DNA from: a bacterium
Lineage (GTDB): Bacteria; Babelota; Babeliae; Babelales; Vermiphilaceae
Assembly (NCBI GenBank): GCA_021777215.1
Contig: JAJYDS010000001.1
Coordinates: 41,622-105,621, forward strand
Length of the DNA: 64,000 nt
Reading direction: 5' to 3'
A program made the translations under genes and the position numbers. Numbering within the stretch: the first letter of the stretch is position 1; the number at the start of each line of letters is the position of its first letter. Positions 37,574 to 47,078 of this stretch are shown one piece after another. Below the pieces are notes generated by a model. It was not told the DNA's origin, made no database searches, and worked only from the letters and a program-made list of their open reading frames with translations.

Positions 37574-38224
37574 CTATAGGCGTGACAGGCTGATTGTCTT
37601 TTCTGTGCCTTGTGCACTTCTGTGCCATGATTTACCACTATTTTTTAGGATAGCGTGCTTTGCAGAATGGTCAACCCGAGGCGTTGTTTTTTGCTCGGCT
37701 ATTTGCCGGGCAAAAAAGTAGTGGAGTGCTTGTGATAAGTCCTTTTGTACTTTTTCTCCGTGCAAAACTTTTTCCATCAGCTGTCTTGGGGTAAGCCATG
37801 AATAGCTGATAAAATCTTCACGGTTGTAATCGGGTACCTGATTGGTAAAAATCAGGTAGATCGTGACAAATGTTGCCGTACCGTGTTCATGGGGGGTAAG
37901 AAGGCCCAATTTTTTGTAGCGTATATCAGCAAGGTTTAAATTGAGTTCTTCTTGGAGTTCGCGTTCAAATGATTGGTCATATGATTCGCCACTGGATACG
38001 TGTCCGCCAACACTAAAGCCCAAATGAAGCGGCGATACTTTTTTGTGCGCGGTGCGGCGAGGAATCCAGAGTTGTCCTTGTTGGTTAATGATAAGCGCAC
38101 TGATAGCACGAAAATTGTGAAGCCCTTTAGCGTAGACTTGCGAACGTGCGAGTGTTCCTATCACTTGGTCATTATTGTTAACTAAATCCAATAATTCGTC
38201 TTGTTGTTCTAATGGGTAATTCAT
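37574..38224 (-). CDS. NUDIX hydrolase (paralog 2)
   Basis: Nudix box GHVSSGESYDQSFERELQEELNL. It is collinear with paralog 1 and similar throughout (RSQVYA.GLHNFR, QGQLWIPRRTAHKK). The start is uncertain: Mets at 38224, 38260 and 38284. The 333-aa ORF extending to 38575 is probably too long. Confidence 0.75.
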   Translation of the reverse strand: MNYPLEQQDELLDLVNNNDQVIGTLARSQVYAKGLHNFRAISALIINQQGQLWIPRRTAHKKVSPLHLGFSVGGHVSSGESYDQSFERELQEELNLNLADIRYKKLGLLTPHEHGTATFVTIYLIFTNQVPDYNREDFISYSWLTPRQLMEKVLHGEKVQKDLSQALHYFFARQIAEQKTTPRVDHSAKHAILKNSGKSWHRSAQGTEKTISLSRL

Positions 38225-38764
38225 AGGAGCATTATCGTTGTTTATGGTGTTATTGTTCATTATATAAGCGTTTATTGTATTCATATTTATTCTGTTTGTT
38301 TTTGTTTGTATTTCGGTAGTGATGTGTGCGAGTTTCTTCGTGACTTGTACGTCAGAAGACAGGCTTGTCCTGCTCGTATAAAATTGCTGAGCGCATGCTG
38401 TTAGTGCATGGGTAATGACGATGCAAAGCGGCACTCTGCGACGTTCTACAAGGAGATATTTTGGGGGGAGAAAAAAGAATCGATTTTTTGAGGTCTTTTT
38501 TTCGTGCCAAATCCGGGTGTTTTTATCTACAGACGATTTTTTTGTGTACGACTGAGAAAATAACAACTGCTCCAAATTTTCAATATTACACCTTCATTTT
38601 ACAGATAAAATTCTTTATGTCAAGTTTTAATTACAGTCAAGGCCGCCTGGTGTCAAGTTGAAACTTTATAGGTGGGTTACTGGGGTATTCTAGGAGGTTA
38701 TTTTATAGATTTTTGGTATACTTAAGTAACTAAAAAGCTCGTCAGTTATTGTAGGAAAAGCCCT

Positions 38765-40168
38765 ATGTTTGATTTTTTATCTAAAAAATTTTCTTCTATT
38801 TTTTCAACTCTCAATGGTCAATCAAGGTTAACTGAAAAAAATATTGCTCAATCACTGGATCAGATCAAGCAGGCGTTGCTTGAGGCGGATGTTCCTCATG
38901 CGTTAGTAGAGCAGTTTGTTGCCTCTATCAAGCAGGAAGCTCTAGGCCAAAAAGTACTTGCTTCAGTCAAGCCTGGCGACCAGCTTGTTAAACTCGTGCA
39001 TGATAAATTAGTGCTTTTTTTGGGTGGGCAACAACAGGTTTTGATGGGGATGCCAGGAGAATCGAAGAAGATGCTTGAGGGTTCTCCGGCGCTTTTTGTT
39101 CCCCAATATCCGGCCATTGTTATGGTCATGGGGCTGCAAGGATCAGGTAAAACGACGACTCTTGCAAAACTCGCCTGTTGGATAAACAAAGATGTCGCTA
39201 AAAAGAGCAAGTCGCACGAAAAACAAAAAAAAATCATGTGTGCCTCGGTAGATTTTTATCGTCCGGCAGCTATAGATCAGTTGCAGCAGGTGGCGCTCAA
39301 AGCAGGCGCTCTTTTTTATAGATCAACCAGTGCTGAGCCGCTAGCAGCAGCACGGGATATTCTGCAGCGGTTTAAGAAAGAGCAGTGCGATGTCTTGTTG
39401 CTCGATACGGCTGGACGTTTGCATGTTGATAATACCATGCTCCAGGAATTGCGTGATATAACCTCTCTGGTGAACCCTTCACACAAATTATTGGTCCTTG
39501 ATGCTATGACGGGCCAGGAATCGCTCACGGTTGCTCGTGCCTTTGATCAAGCGGTGGGATTTGAAGGGGCTATTTTAAGCAAGTTGGATAGTGATACTCG
39601 TGGGGGCGCGGCTTTTGCTTTTCGTTATGCTCTTGGCAAACCTATTCTGTTTGTTGGTGTTGGTGAAAAAATGACCGATTTAGAGCCTTTTTATCCCGAG
39701 CGCATGGCCGGACGCATTTTGGATATGGGGGACGTTGTAAGTTTAGTTGAAAAGGCGCAGGAGAAAATTTCTGAGGCTGAGGTGGCACGCACAGAAAAGG
39801 CCTGGCGAGGCGGGGCTATGACGCTCCAAGATTTTGCTGATCAGATGAAGCTTATGAACCGCGTTGGGTCGCTTGGGTCTATTGCAAAAATGCTTCCCGG
39901 TGCAGGTGGTTTGGGTCTTTCTCCGCAGATGCTTGAAAAGGGAGAGAAGGAACTGAAGATGTTTCAGGCGATTATCAATTCAATGACCCTGAAAGAACGT
40001 TCAGTGCCGCGTTTGCTTGATGGTTCGCGCAAAAAAAGAATTGCCAAAGGAGCGGGTGTTGGCGTGGAACAGGTAAATCTTTTGTTGGCGCGATTTGAAC
40101 AAATGCAGCAATTTGCTAAACTATTACAAGGAGCTGGTCGTTCTTCCAGATTTCCAAAGTTATTTTGA
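38765..40168 (+). CDS. ffh: signal recognition particle protein Ffh
   Basis: 467 aa. N domain, then G domain (GLQGSGKTTTLAKLA, DTAGRL, SKLDSDTRGGAA), then a Met-rich M domain (MKLMNRVGSLGSIAKMLPG). Confidence 0.93.
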   Translation: MFDFLSKKFSSIFSTLNGQSRLTEKNIAQSLDQIKQALLEADVPHALVEQFVASIKQEALGQKVLASVKPGDQLVKLVHDKLVLFLGGQQQVLMGMPGESKKMLEGSPALFVPQYPAIVMVMGLQGSGKTTTLAKLACWINKDVAKKSKSHEKQKKIMCASVDFYRPAAIDQLQQVALKAGALFYRSTSAEPLAAARDILQRFKKEQCDVLLLDTAGRLHVDNTMLQELRDITSLVNPSHKLLVLDAMTGQESLTVARAFDQAVGFEGAILSKLDSDTRGGAAFAFRYALGKPILFVGVGEKMTDLEPFYPERMAGRILDMGDVVSLVEKAQEKISEAEVARTEKAWRGGAMTLQDFADQMKLMNRVGSLGSIAKMLPGAGGLGLSPQMLEKGEKELKMFQAIINSMTLKERSVPRLLDGSRKKRIAKGAGVGVEQVNLLLARFEQMQQFAKLLQGAGRSSRFPKLF

Positions 40169-40196
40169 TCTGTTTTATTAGCTAAAGGATAGATTC

Positions 40197-40529
40197 ATGG
40201 CAGTTGCCGTAAGATTATCTCGTATTGGTAAAAAACATGTGCCATTTTTCCGTGTTGTTGCGGTTGATTCTCGCAAAAAACGCGATGGTGCATTTCTTGA
40301 AGATCTGGGAACCTATGATGCCTTAAAGGGTACTTTTGTGGTTTTTCATGAAGAGCGTTTTAACGCGTGGGTTGCTCAAGGGGCACAAGTTTCTGTTACG
40401 GTAAAAAAACTGCAAAAAAAATATAAAAAAGAGGGTATAGTTGTCGCTGCTCCCAAAAAACGTGTAGCAAAAGCTGCTGCGGTTAAAGAAAAAGCGGTTG
40501 AAGTAGAGACGGCTTCGGTACAAGAATAA
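40197..40529 (+). CDS. rpsP: 30S ribosomal protein S16
   Basis: MAVAVRLSRIGKKHVPFFRVVAVDSRKKRDGAFLEDLGTYD is a typical S16 N-terminus. It has a Lys/Ala-rich tail. Confidence 0.93.
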   Translation: MAVAVRLSRIGKKHVPFFRVVAVDSRKKRDGAFLEDLGTYDALKGTFVVFHEERFNAWVAQGAQVSVTVKKLQKKYKKEGIVVAAPKKRVAKAAAVKEKAVEVETASVQE

Positions 40530-40586
40530 GATTTTCCTGGTTGAGCAAGTTGTGTGCTCGGCTGGGTAACTGATAAAGTAGATCGT

Positions 40587-40817
40587 ATGTATAAAGAACT
40601 CGTAGAGTCTGCGGTAAAACGTTTGGTAGAAAAGACTGAATCGGTGAGCGTTGTTATACGCCAGGAGCAAGATAAAGAGCTTTTGGAAATCAGTGTTGAT
40701 CCGCAAGATCGTGGCCGTGTTATTGGTAAGGAAGGGCAAACTATTCGTGCTATTCGCATGATGGTGAGTGCCTTAATTCCTCGTGGCAAAGAAATCCAGA
40801 TTATCATTGTTGAATGA
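40587..40817 (+). CDS. KH domain RNA-binding protein (YlqC/UPF0109-like)
   Basis: MYKELVESAVKRLV...VDPQDRGRVIGKEGQTIRAIRMMV (GxxG KH motif). It sits in the usual position between rpsP and trmD. An alternative GTG start lies at 40554. Confidence 0.8.
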   Translation: MYKELVESAVKRLVEKTESVSVVIRQEQDKELLEISVDPQDRGRVIGKEGQTIRAIRMMVSALIPRGKEIQIIIVE

Positions 40818-42121
40818 TGAATATCTCCATTCTGACTGTTTTTAATGATTTATATGACTCGTTTATGCGTACCAGCCTTGTTGGTCGTGCGCAAGAAAAG
40901 GGGCTTGTGTCGATCGAGGCAACGCCTTTTTTCTCGTATGTATCAGCTAAGGAGCGTATAGATGCGCCGACATTTGGTCCTGGAGCAGGCATGCTTATTC
41001 GACCAGATGTTATACAAAAGGCTATTCAGGACAAAGAAGAAAAGCACGGTCCTGCGTACAAAGTTTTTTTCTCGCCTCAAGGAGAAGTTCTTGATCAACG
41101 CCTTTTGCAAAAAATAGCTGATAAGGTGCACAAAACGGGGCATCTTATGGTGGTAGCATCTCGTTATGAAGGCATGGATGTTCGCGTTGAAGAGCGATAT
41201 GCCGACATTGTTGTTTCGTTAGGTGATTTTGTTGTTATGGGTGGCGATTTACCAGCCATGCTCTTTCTTGAAGGGCTTTTAAGGCTTGTTCCGGGCGTGG
41301 TGGGTAAGCAGGCATCTGTTGACCATGAGTCATTCTCGGGTCCTTTCGTTGATTATCCTGCTTATACGGAGCCATTGACCTGGGAAGGTAAAACAGTTCC
41401 GGAGATTGTTCGCTCGGGAAATCATGGGGCTATTGAGCAGTGGCGTATGGAGAAAGCAGCCCAAAAAACAGTTTTAGAGCACTTTGGTTGGCTAAGGTCT
41501 TATCCTGGGTTGACCAGCGAAGAAAAGACGCTTGCTTCTCGCTATATTCCTGCCCATTATGTGGCTCTCATGCATGACCAGGTCTATATCGGTGATGAAG
41601 GTGCCCAGGGAACCACATCGGTTACCTCTATTGATATTCATGACGGTGCCCGTTCTTGTAGGACCTATGGTATTAAAAATTATTTTCTGGTAACGCCCCT
41701 GCTGGATCAGCAAAGAATAGTCAAAACACTGCTTGATTTTTGGGTCTCTGATACTGGTATTGCTTACAATAAGAGCCGTTTTGAAGCGGTGAGCCGCGTC
41801 GAGCTGCGTCCAGGGCTTCAGGATGTTATTGCTTCTATCAAGGAGAAAGAGGGGACTGAGCCCGTTATTGTTGCTACATCAGCGCGGTCTGTTGCTCATC
41901 CTGGCCATATCAGTTGGTATGATCAGGCGGTGGTGTGGCGTACAAAGAAGCCGGTATTGTTTTTATTTGGTACGGGCAAAGGGCTGATAGACGAGGTAGT
42001 GCAGCGGGCAGACTTTTTGCTGGACCCTATTGAAGGGTTCAGTGATTTCAATCATCTTTCAGTAAGATCGGCCTTGGGTATTGCCCTTGATCGGTGGTTG
42101 GGCATAGTGCAAAAAAGCTAG
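40814..42121 (+). CDS. trmD: tRNA (guanine37-N1)-methyltransferase TrmD fused to a second SPOUT-like RNA methyltransferase domain
   Basis: 435 aa versus about 250 for a normal TrmD. The N-terminal part is TrmD: ISILTVFNDLY, GPGAGML, VVASRYEGMDVRVEE, SLGDFVVMGGDLPAMLFLEGLLRLVPGVVG, VPEIVRSGNHGAIEQWR. The C-terminal ~190 aa carry TSIDIHDGARSCRTYGIKNYFLVTPL, VATSAR, LFLFGTGKGL, DFNHLSVRSALGIALDRW. I recognise this from memory as the Methyltrn_RNA_4-type family. The ATG overlaps the KH-gene stop (ATGA). Confidence 0.85.
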   Translation: MMNISILTVFNDLYDSFMRTSLVGRAQEKGLVSIEATPFFSYVSAKERIDAPTFGPGAGMLIRPDVIQKAIQDKEEKHGPAYKVFFSPQGEVLDQRLLQKIADKVHKTGHLMVVASRYEGMDVRVEERYADIVVSLGDFVVMGGDLPAMLFLEGLLRLVPGVVGKQASVDHESFSGPFVDYPAYTEPLTWEGKTVPEIVRSGNHGAIEQWRMEKAAQKTVLEHFGWLRSYPGLTSEEKTLASRYIPAHYVALMHDQVYIGDEGAQGTTSVTSIDIHDGARSCRTYGIKNYFLVTPLLDQQRIVKTLLDFWVSDTGIAYNKSRFEAVSRVELRPGLQDVIASIKEKEGTEPVIVATSARSVAHPGHISWYDQAVVWRTKKPVLFLFGTGKGLIDEVVQRADFLLDPIEGFSDFNHLSVRSALGIALDRWLGIVQKS

Positions 42122-42216
42122 ATTTTAGCGAAATTCAGATTGGCAGAGCTCTCTTTTTGAGGTATAGTAAAAAAGAATCTTTAAGAATTTTTTGAATACT
42201 GAGTAAGGAAAAACAG

Positions 42217-42615
42217 ATGAAGGCTAAAAAACTGACCTTTGAAACTGTCCGTGATATGGGCGTTCAAGAAAGAAATTTCCCTAAGTTTGCTGCTGGCGAT
42301 ACAATCGCTGTGTATCAAAAGCTTAAAGAAGGCGATAAAGAACGTCTTCAAGCATTTGAAGGTGATGTTATTGCTATCCGTTCTAAGGGTGTTGCGTCTA
42401 CGTTTACCGTGCGTAAAATTGGTGCTAACAGTGTTGCTGTTGAGCGTATCTTCCCTTATTATTCCCCTATGATTGATTCCATTAAATTTGTACGCAAGGG
42501 TAAAGTCCGTCGCGCTAAGTTGTTCTATATGAGAGATCGTGTTGGCCGCGCTGCCCGTGTTGAAGAAGATAAAGTGTCCACTAAAGGGGTAGCAGAAGAG
42601 TCAACCGCCGAATAA
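42217..42615 (+). CDS. rplS: 50S ribosomal protein L19
   Basis: [77 protein letters not shown]. Confidence 0.94.
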   Translation: MKAKKLTFETVRDMGVQERNFPKFAAGDTIAVYQKLKEGDKERLQAFEGDVIAIRSKGVASTFTVRKIGANSVAVERIFPYYSPMIDSIKFVRKGKVRRAKLFYMRDRVGRAARVEEDKVSTKGVAEESTAE

Positions 42616-42774
42616 TAGTATTTCGGCTTGGTGTTTATTGTATCTTTTCATTTTTTCTGTTTTTCTGAAAGTGCTGAGCACGATAAAAAGGCTAAATGCC
42701 GAGTGAGCGGCGCTTTCTTGCGTATTCACCGTCTAGGAGAATACGAATATACGAATAATAGGGAGATGCTCTAT

Positions 42775-43317
42775 ATGAAGCGTACGTTAGCAATTATCTG
42801 TTTTTTGAGTCTTTTGCTTCCTGCCTGTGCGCGAAAAAAAAGTAAGTCATTTTCTTTTTCTGTGGTTCATTCAGAGCCGCACGTCCTTTCTGAAACTCAA
42901 CGAGCACAATCCTTAGCAGTATTGCATGATTGGGAGGCGACAATTCTGGATATTCCATTTCCTCTTGGCGCAATGCCTGTTACGCAAGAATATGCGAAGA
43001 ATTCGGCTGCCAAAGGCCAGCATTTTTTGGCGTATACGACAACCCTTTCTGAGAGTGATTTAATCGTTTTTTACGAACAAGAGATGGAGCGCCTTGGCTG
43101 GCAAAAAATGGTAGTTCTTCCCGATTTTGAAACAATGCTTATTTTTTCAAAACCCGATCGTATGTGTTCTATTTCTTTACGCGCTGCATCTGGAGACGAA
43201 GATGGTACAGGGGCGGCGACTGAGCGCATGCTTGTCGTGCTGAACCTGGGAAAGAAGACTCAGGTATCAAGTCGTGCTCAAACGCCCGGGAATTATGATG
43301 AGGATTTGTGGGGTTAA
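42775..43317 (+). CDS. hypothetical lipoprotein
   Basis: The Met at 42775 gives MKRTLAIICFLSLLLPACARKK, with a lipobox-like LLPAC. GGGAG lies 9 nt upstream. The longer 42628 start adds a non-signal N-terminus. Confidence 0.6.
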   Translation: MKRTLAIICFLSLLLPACARKKSKSFSFSVVHSEPHVLSETQRAQSLAVLHDWEATILDIPFPLGAMPVTQEYAKNSAAKGQHFLAYTTTLSESDLIVFYEQEMERLGWQKMVVLPDFETMLIFSKPDRMCSISLRAASGDEDGTGAATERMLVVLNLGKKTQVSSRAQTPGNYDEDLWG

Positions 43318-43359
43318 ATTCGTTTCTATAGGCTAATCAAAACCAGTGATGATTTGAGT

Positions 43360-44754
43360 TTACTCGGCGATTTTATCGGCGAGCTTGTTAATTTTTCCGG
43401 CTCCTTGGAGCAAGAGTAAATCGTCCTTATCTATCATTTTCTCCACCTCTTTTTTGATTTCTTCAAAATCATCAGAAAAAGGTATGTACTGGACTGCGAG
43501 CGCAGGATTTTTTTGTTGAATTTCCTCAACAAGCCGTTTGCTTGTTACATTTTCTATGGGAGCTTCGCTTGCCGGATAAATATCTGTGATAATAAGATTG
43601 TCGATAGAGCTGTTGGCAAATGTCTCTACGAAGTTATTCCAGAGTTTATTTGTTCTAGTATAGCGGTGTGGTTGGAATACCACTGTTAACTTTCGTTTAG
43701 TGCGATTTTTTGCAACGAGCAATGCATTCATAATTTCTTGAGGATGATGTCCATAATCATCGAAAATATCGGCACCCTTGTAGGTTCCTTTGTGGCTAAA
43801 GCGGCGTTCGATGCCCTTGAAGCTGCGTAGCGCATGTGCGATAGTTTCAAATGGAATCTCTAAGTCGTGCGCGAGAGAAATAGCTGCCAACGAGTTTAAT
43901 ACATTGTGGCGGCCGGGCATATTAATAAGCGCTTGTCCTAATTTTTCTTGTCCGTTCCAAACAGTAAACGTTGAGTGGTCTGCATTGAGTTCGACATCAG
44001 TTGCATATATATCTGCGTCCAGTGTAAGACCATAGCGGATTGTTTTTACGTGTGGCATAGGGAGAATTGAACGGACGTTCGCGTCATCGATGCAGACAAT
44101 TGCTTTGCCGTAGAATGGCAAATTATTTAAAAATTGTTTAAAGGTATTTTTAATATCTTCCAGATCAGTGTAAGTTTCTAAGTGCTCAAGGTCGATATTC
44201 GTCACGATAGCCAAAGTGGCTTGCAGTTGCAAAAATGAGCGATCGCTTTCATCAGCTTCAGCAATTAAAAAGGTGCCTGATCCTAGTCGCGCATTGGTTG
44301 ATATATTTTTTAGGTGTCCACCGATAATAACTGTTGGATCCATGTTTGCCTCGATCAGTATGTGCGAGATGAGCGAGGTTGTGGTTGTTTTTCCGTGAGC
44401 ACCGGCAATGGCTATACTATGTTTTGTGCGCATAAGCTCTGCAAGCATGAGTGCGCGGGGAATGGTGGGAATGCCGCGTTGTTGTGCGGCAACAATTTCG
44501 GGATTGTTTTGTTTGACGGCAGATGAATAGACCAGAATATCGATACTATCATCGTGGCAACCAGGAGTATTATTTCCTTGGTGCACGGTGCAACCAAGCG
44601 CGCGGAGCTGTTTGATGCTTGCCTGATCCATATCCAAATCACAGCCAGATATAATGTACCCTTGGTGCTTTAATATAGTGGCAATACCGCTCATACCGAT
44701 GCCGCCGATGCCAACAAAATGAATGTGAGGCATTTTTTTGTAATTTTTATACAT
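43360..44754 (-). CDS. murC: UDP-N-acetylmuramate--L-alanine ligase
   Basis: 464 aa. HFVGIGGIGMSGIATIL, IAGAHGKTTTTSLISHIL, EADESDRSF, NIDLEHLE: Mur ligase motifs in the MurC arrangement. Confidence 0.92.
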   Translation of the reverse strand: MYKNYKKMPHIHFVGIGGIGMSGIATILKHQGYIISGCDLDMDQASIKQLRALGCTVHQGNNTPGCHDDSIDILVYSSAVKQNNPEIVAAQQRGIPTIPRALMLAELMRTKHSIAIAGAHGKTTTTSLISHILIEANMDPTVIIGGHLKNISTNARLGSGTFLIAEADESDRSFLQLQATLAIVTNIDLEHLETYTDLEDIKNTFKQFLNNLPFYGKAIVCIDDANVRSILPMPHVKTIRYGLTLDADIYATDVELNADHSTFTVWNGQEKLGQALINMPGRHNVLNSLAAISLAHDLEIPFETIAHALRSFKGIERRFSHKGTYKGADIFDDYGHHPQEIMNALLVAKNRTKRKLTVVFQPHRYTRTNKLWNNFVETFANSSIDNLIITDIYPASEAPIENVTSKRLVEEIQQKNPALAVQYIPFSDDFEEIKKEVEKMIDKDDLLLLQGAGKINKLADKIAE

Positions 44755-44819
44755 GAGGTACCTTTATAAAAACATCAAAAGAGGTGCGTGATTGTCACCG
44801 TGCGATTGTCGAGTCTATT

Positions 44820-45203
44820 TTAGAGGCTTTCGCGCAGTTGGAGCAATTTTTTTTGGAGCTGCACGATTTGCTCTGTTAAAGTCTCTTTTTTCTTTTCCAA
44901 TTTTTTTATTGTCATGTCATCAATGGTTGTCTTTTGTGAAGCAATGACTTTTGTTTCGCTTGTTGCAGCGCGTTTTTGCCCTAGTTGTTTTCGTGCGCCA
45001 GCTATGGTAAACCCTTTTTCATAAAGCAGTGTTTTTATAAGCTTAAATTTTTCTACATCTTTTTCTTCATAAAAACGTTGCCCGCCGGCAGAACGGGTGC
45101 TTTTTATGTTAAATTCTTTTTCCCAAAAGCGGACGACAAACCGTTCAACAGCCAAATGCTGCGCTAACTCACCAATGCGAAACTTCCTTTTTTGCATTTT
45201 CAT
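44820..45203 (-). CDS. MerR family transcriptional regulator
   Basis: 127 aa. N-terminal MerR-type HTH (FRIGELAQHLAVERFVVRFWEKEF...QRFYEEKDVEKFKLIKTLL) plus a C-terminal coiled coil. Confidence 0.8.
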   Translation of the reverse strand: MKMQKRKFRIGELAQHLAVERFVVRFWEKEFNIKSTRSAGGQRFYEEKDVEKFKLIKTLLYEKGFTIAGARKQLGQKRAATSETKVIASQKTTIDDMTIKKLEKKKETLTEQIVQLQKKLLQLRESL

Positions 45204-45509
45204 AAAGATCCTTTAGATAATAGAGGTGCTTTTTATTCACAAATTTTTTACACAACAATGTGTCTGATCATCATAGTTTAAGTTATACATGAGCAAAATG
45301 CTACTTTTTTTTTAGTGTAACACTCAGTGCCTGCTCTAGCTGCCTTCCGGTTTCTATGATATGCTATAAACATGCCCATATTTTTGTGTGGTTTTTGCGG
45401 GCGATACGCTCTGTTGTGGGGCCGAATTGCCTCTCCAAAGAACTGTTCGCAAAATAAGGGAATAAGATTGTTTTGATAAGAGTTTTCTACAAACAATTTA
45501 CGAGGGTTT

Positions 45510-47060
45510 TTGATGAATTTAAAAGATATAATTCTTCCTCTGGGTTTAGCAATTTTGACGGTATGGGGAATAAACTACTTTTTTGGTGGGGCTCGTGCGG
45601 GCAAAGATGGTCAATCCGCGGCAAGCTCTGGCCAAATATTTGTTGCGCCAAAAGAGCGACAGGAGCTTTCTCCTCTTAATAAGGAGGTTGATTTTGTTGA
45701 TGTGAAGTCATCCCAAGCGCCTGTGATTACCGAAATAGAGACGACGGGAGCGCTCTATCAGTTTTCTACTGAAGGTGCATCACTTGAGCGTTTGGAATTC
45801 AAGCGCCGACGAGGTGATGTGCTTGCTACTATTTATCCAGTTTCACCAACTGAGCGAGAACAGCGTTGTTTCTTAATTGCTTTGCCTGAAAAGACCCCTT
45901 ATTATTACACGCTGGTTGATCAAAAGACGAATAATACCGTGCATGAGCTGGTGTATCGGGCTGAAACGGACCAAGTCGTTATACAAAAAAAATATAGTGT
46001 GTATGCCGATACCTATAAAATTGATCTAGAGGTAACAATTCAACCAAAGCAAAAGGAATTAAGCACTGGTATTGCGCCACGCGTTTTTTTTCCGGCGCCA
46101 GTAATGCCTGATGTTGCCAAAGATGTTATTTCCGCGGTGTACAATAATCAAAAAGGATCGCTAGAAAAAACAGCGAGCGAAAGCCTCAATGTGCAGCAAG
46201 GATGGTTTGCTCCATCATTGTTTGGTCTTGAAGATCGTTATTTTGTTCACGCGTTGGTAGCGGATCCTTCTGGTTTTGCTCGAAGAGCCTATTACACGAC
46301 AACAGAAAAAGCTCGACTGACCGCTATTCTTGAAGCTCCTGCGGTAACGACGGATACGACATGGAAGCTGTCGTTTTATTTTGGACCAAAAGAGCAAGAG
46401 GCCTTTGCTCTTGTTGATAAGCGCCTGGATCAGACGCTGGATTATTCAGGCATATTTTTGGGGCCCTTTGCCTGGGTGCTTTTGTTTTTGTTAAAACTTC
46501 TTTATTCATTTGTGCATAACTATGGCGTTGCTATTATTTTGCTTACGCTTTTGATAAAACTTATTCTGCTTCCTTTTACCTTTAGAAGCGATGAAGCGAT
46601 GAAGAAGCGTGCAGAATTTGATAAAAAATTGCGCTATCTGCAGCAAAAGTACAAAGAAGATCCTGATATGCTTGCTCGCGAACGAGCTGAGTTAGTTAAA
46701 AAGCATGGTATGCCTGGGCTGGCCGGCTGTTTGCCTCTTTTGATACAGTTTCCTATTTTTATTGCGCTTTCGCGAGTGCTTTCTGGTTCTATAGAGATGT
46801 ATCGCGCACCATTCTGCTGTTGGATTCGTGATCTTTCTGTGCCTGACCATTACTATGTATTGCCATTACTGTTGGTAATAAGCATGATTATGCAAGCGCT
46901 TACGGCAGATAAATCACAGCGCTTTACTTTGTTGGCTATGGCATTGTTATTCGGTGCTATTACAGCCAATTTGGCTGCAGGGTTAACGATTTATATTTTG
47001 ATGAATACCGTGTTAACTGTTTTGCAAACGTACGTTATCGGTAAAATACGTGCGCGTTAA
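45510..47060 (+). CDS. yidC: membrane protein insertase YidC
   Basis: 516 aa. N-terminal anchor, large periplasmic domain, then a conserved C-terminal core: YGVAIILLTLLIKLILLPFTFRS, GCLPLLIQFPIFIALSRVL. Confidence 0.9.
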   Translation: MMNLKDIILPLGLAILTVWGINYFFGGARAGKDGQSAASSGQIFVAPKERQELSPLNKEVDFVDVKSSQAPVITEIETTGALYQFSTEGASLERLEFKRRRGDVLATIYPVSPTEREQRCFLIALPEKTPYYYTLVDQKTNNTVHELVYRAETDQVVIQKKYSVYADTYKIDLEVTIQPKQKELSTGIAPRVFFPAPVMPDVAKDVISAVYNNQKGSLEKTASESLNVQQGWFAPSLFGLEDRYFVHALVADPSGFARRAYYTTTEKARLTAILEAPAVTTDTTWKLSFYFGPKEQEAFALVDKRLDQTLDYSGIFLGPFAWVLLFLLKLLYSFVHNYGVAIILLTLLIKLILLPFTFRSDEAMKKRAEFDKKLRYLQQKYKEDPDMLARERAELVKKHGMPGLAGCLPLLIQFPIFIALSRVLSGSIEMYRAPFCCWIRDLSVPDHYYVLPLLLVISMIMQALTADKSQRFTLLAMALLFGAITANLAAGLTIYILMNTVLTVLQTYVIGKIRAR

Positions 47061-47078
47061 GCTTAAAAAAGGATAGTT

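Noticed and set aside
38285-38575. About 100-codon N-terminal extension of the second NUDIX ORF (333-aa version)
   Set aside because: The extension has no counterpart in the adjacent paralog and has odd composition (FFFLPPKYLLVERRRV). Alignment with paralog 1 points to a start at one of the Mets at 38284, 38260 or 38224. Likewise, 37545-37628 of paralog 1 would overlap the upstream gene.
42628-42774. Upstream extension of the lipoprotein ORF
   Set aside because: It begins 13 nt after rplS and encodes a non-signal sequence. The Met at 42775 yields a lipobox-containing signal peptide with a GGGAG RBS.
45250-45263. Inverted repeat ACACA-N4-TGTGT upstream of the MerR-family gene as a possible operator
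   Set aside because: With only 5-bp arms it is expected by chance, and it has no obvious placement between -35 and -10 elements.
45278-45496. 72-aa minus-strand ORF in the MerR-yidC intergenic region
   Set aside because: It has no RBS, its composition is unlike neighbouring genes, and it lies in a probable divergent promoter/5' UTR region.
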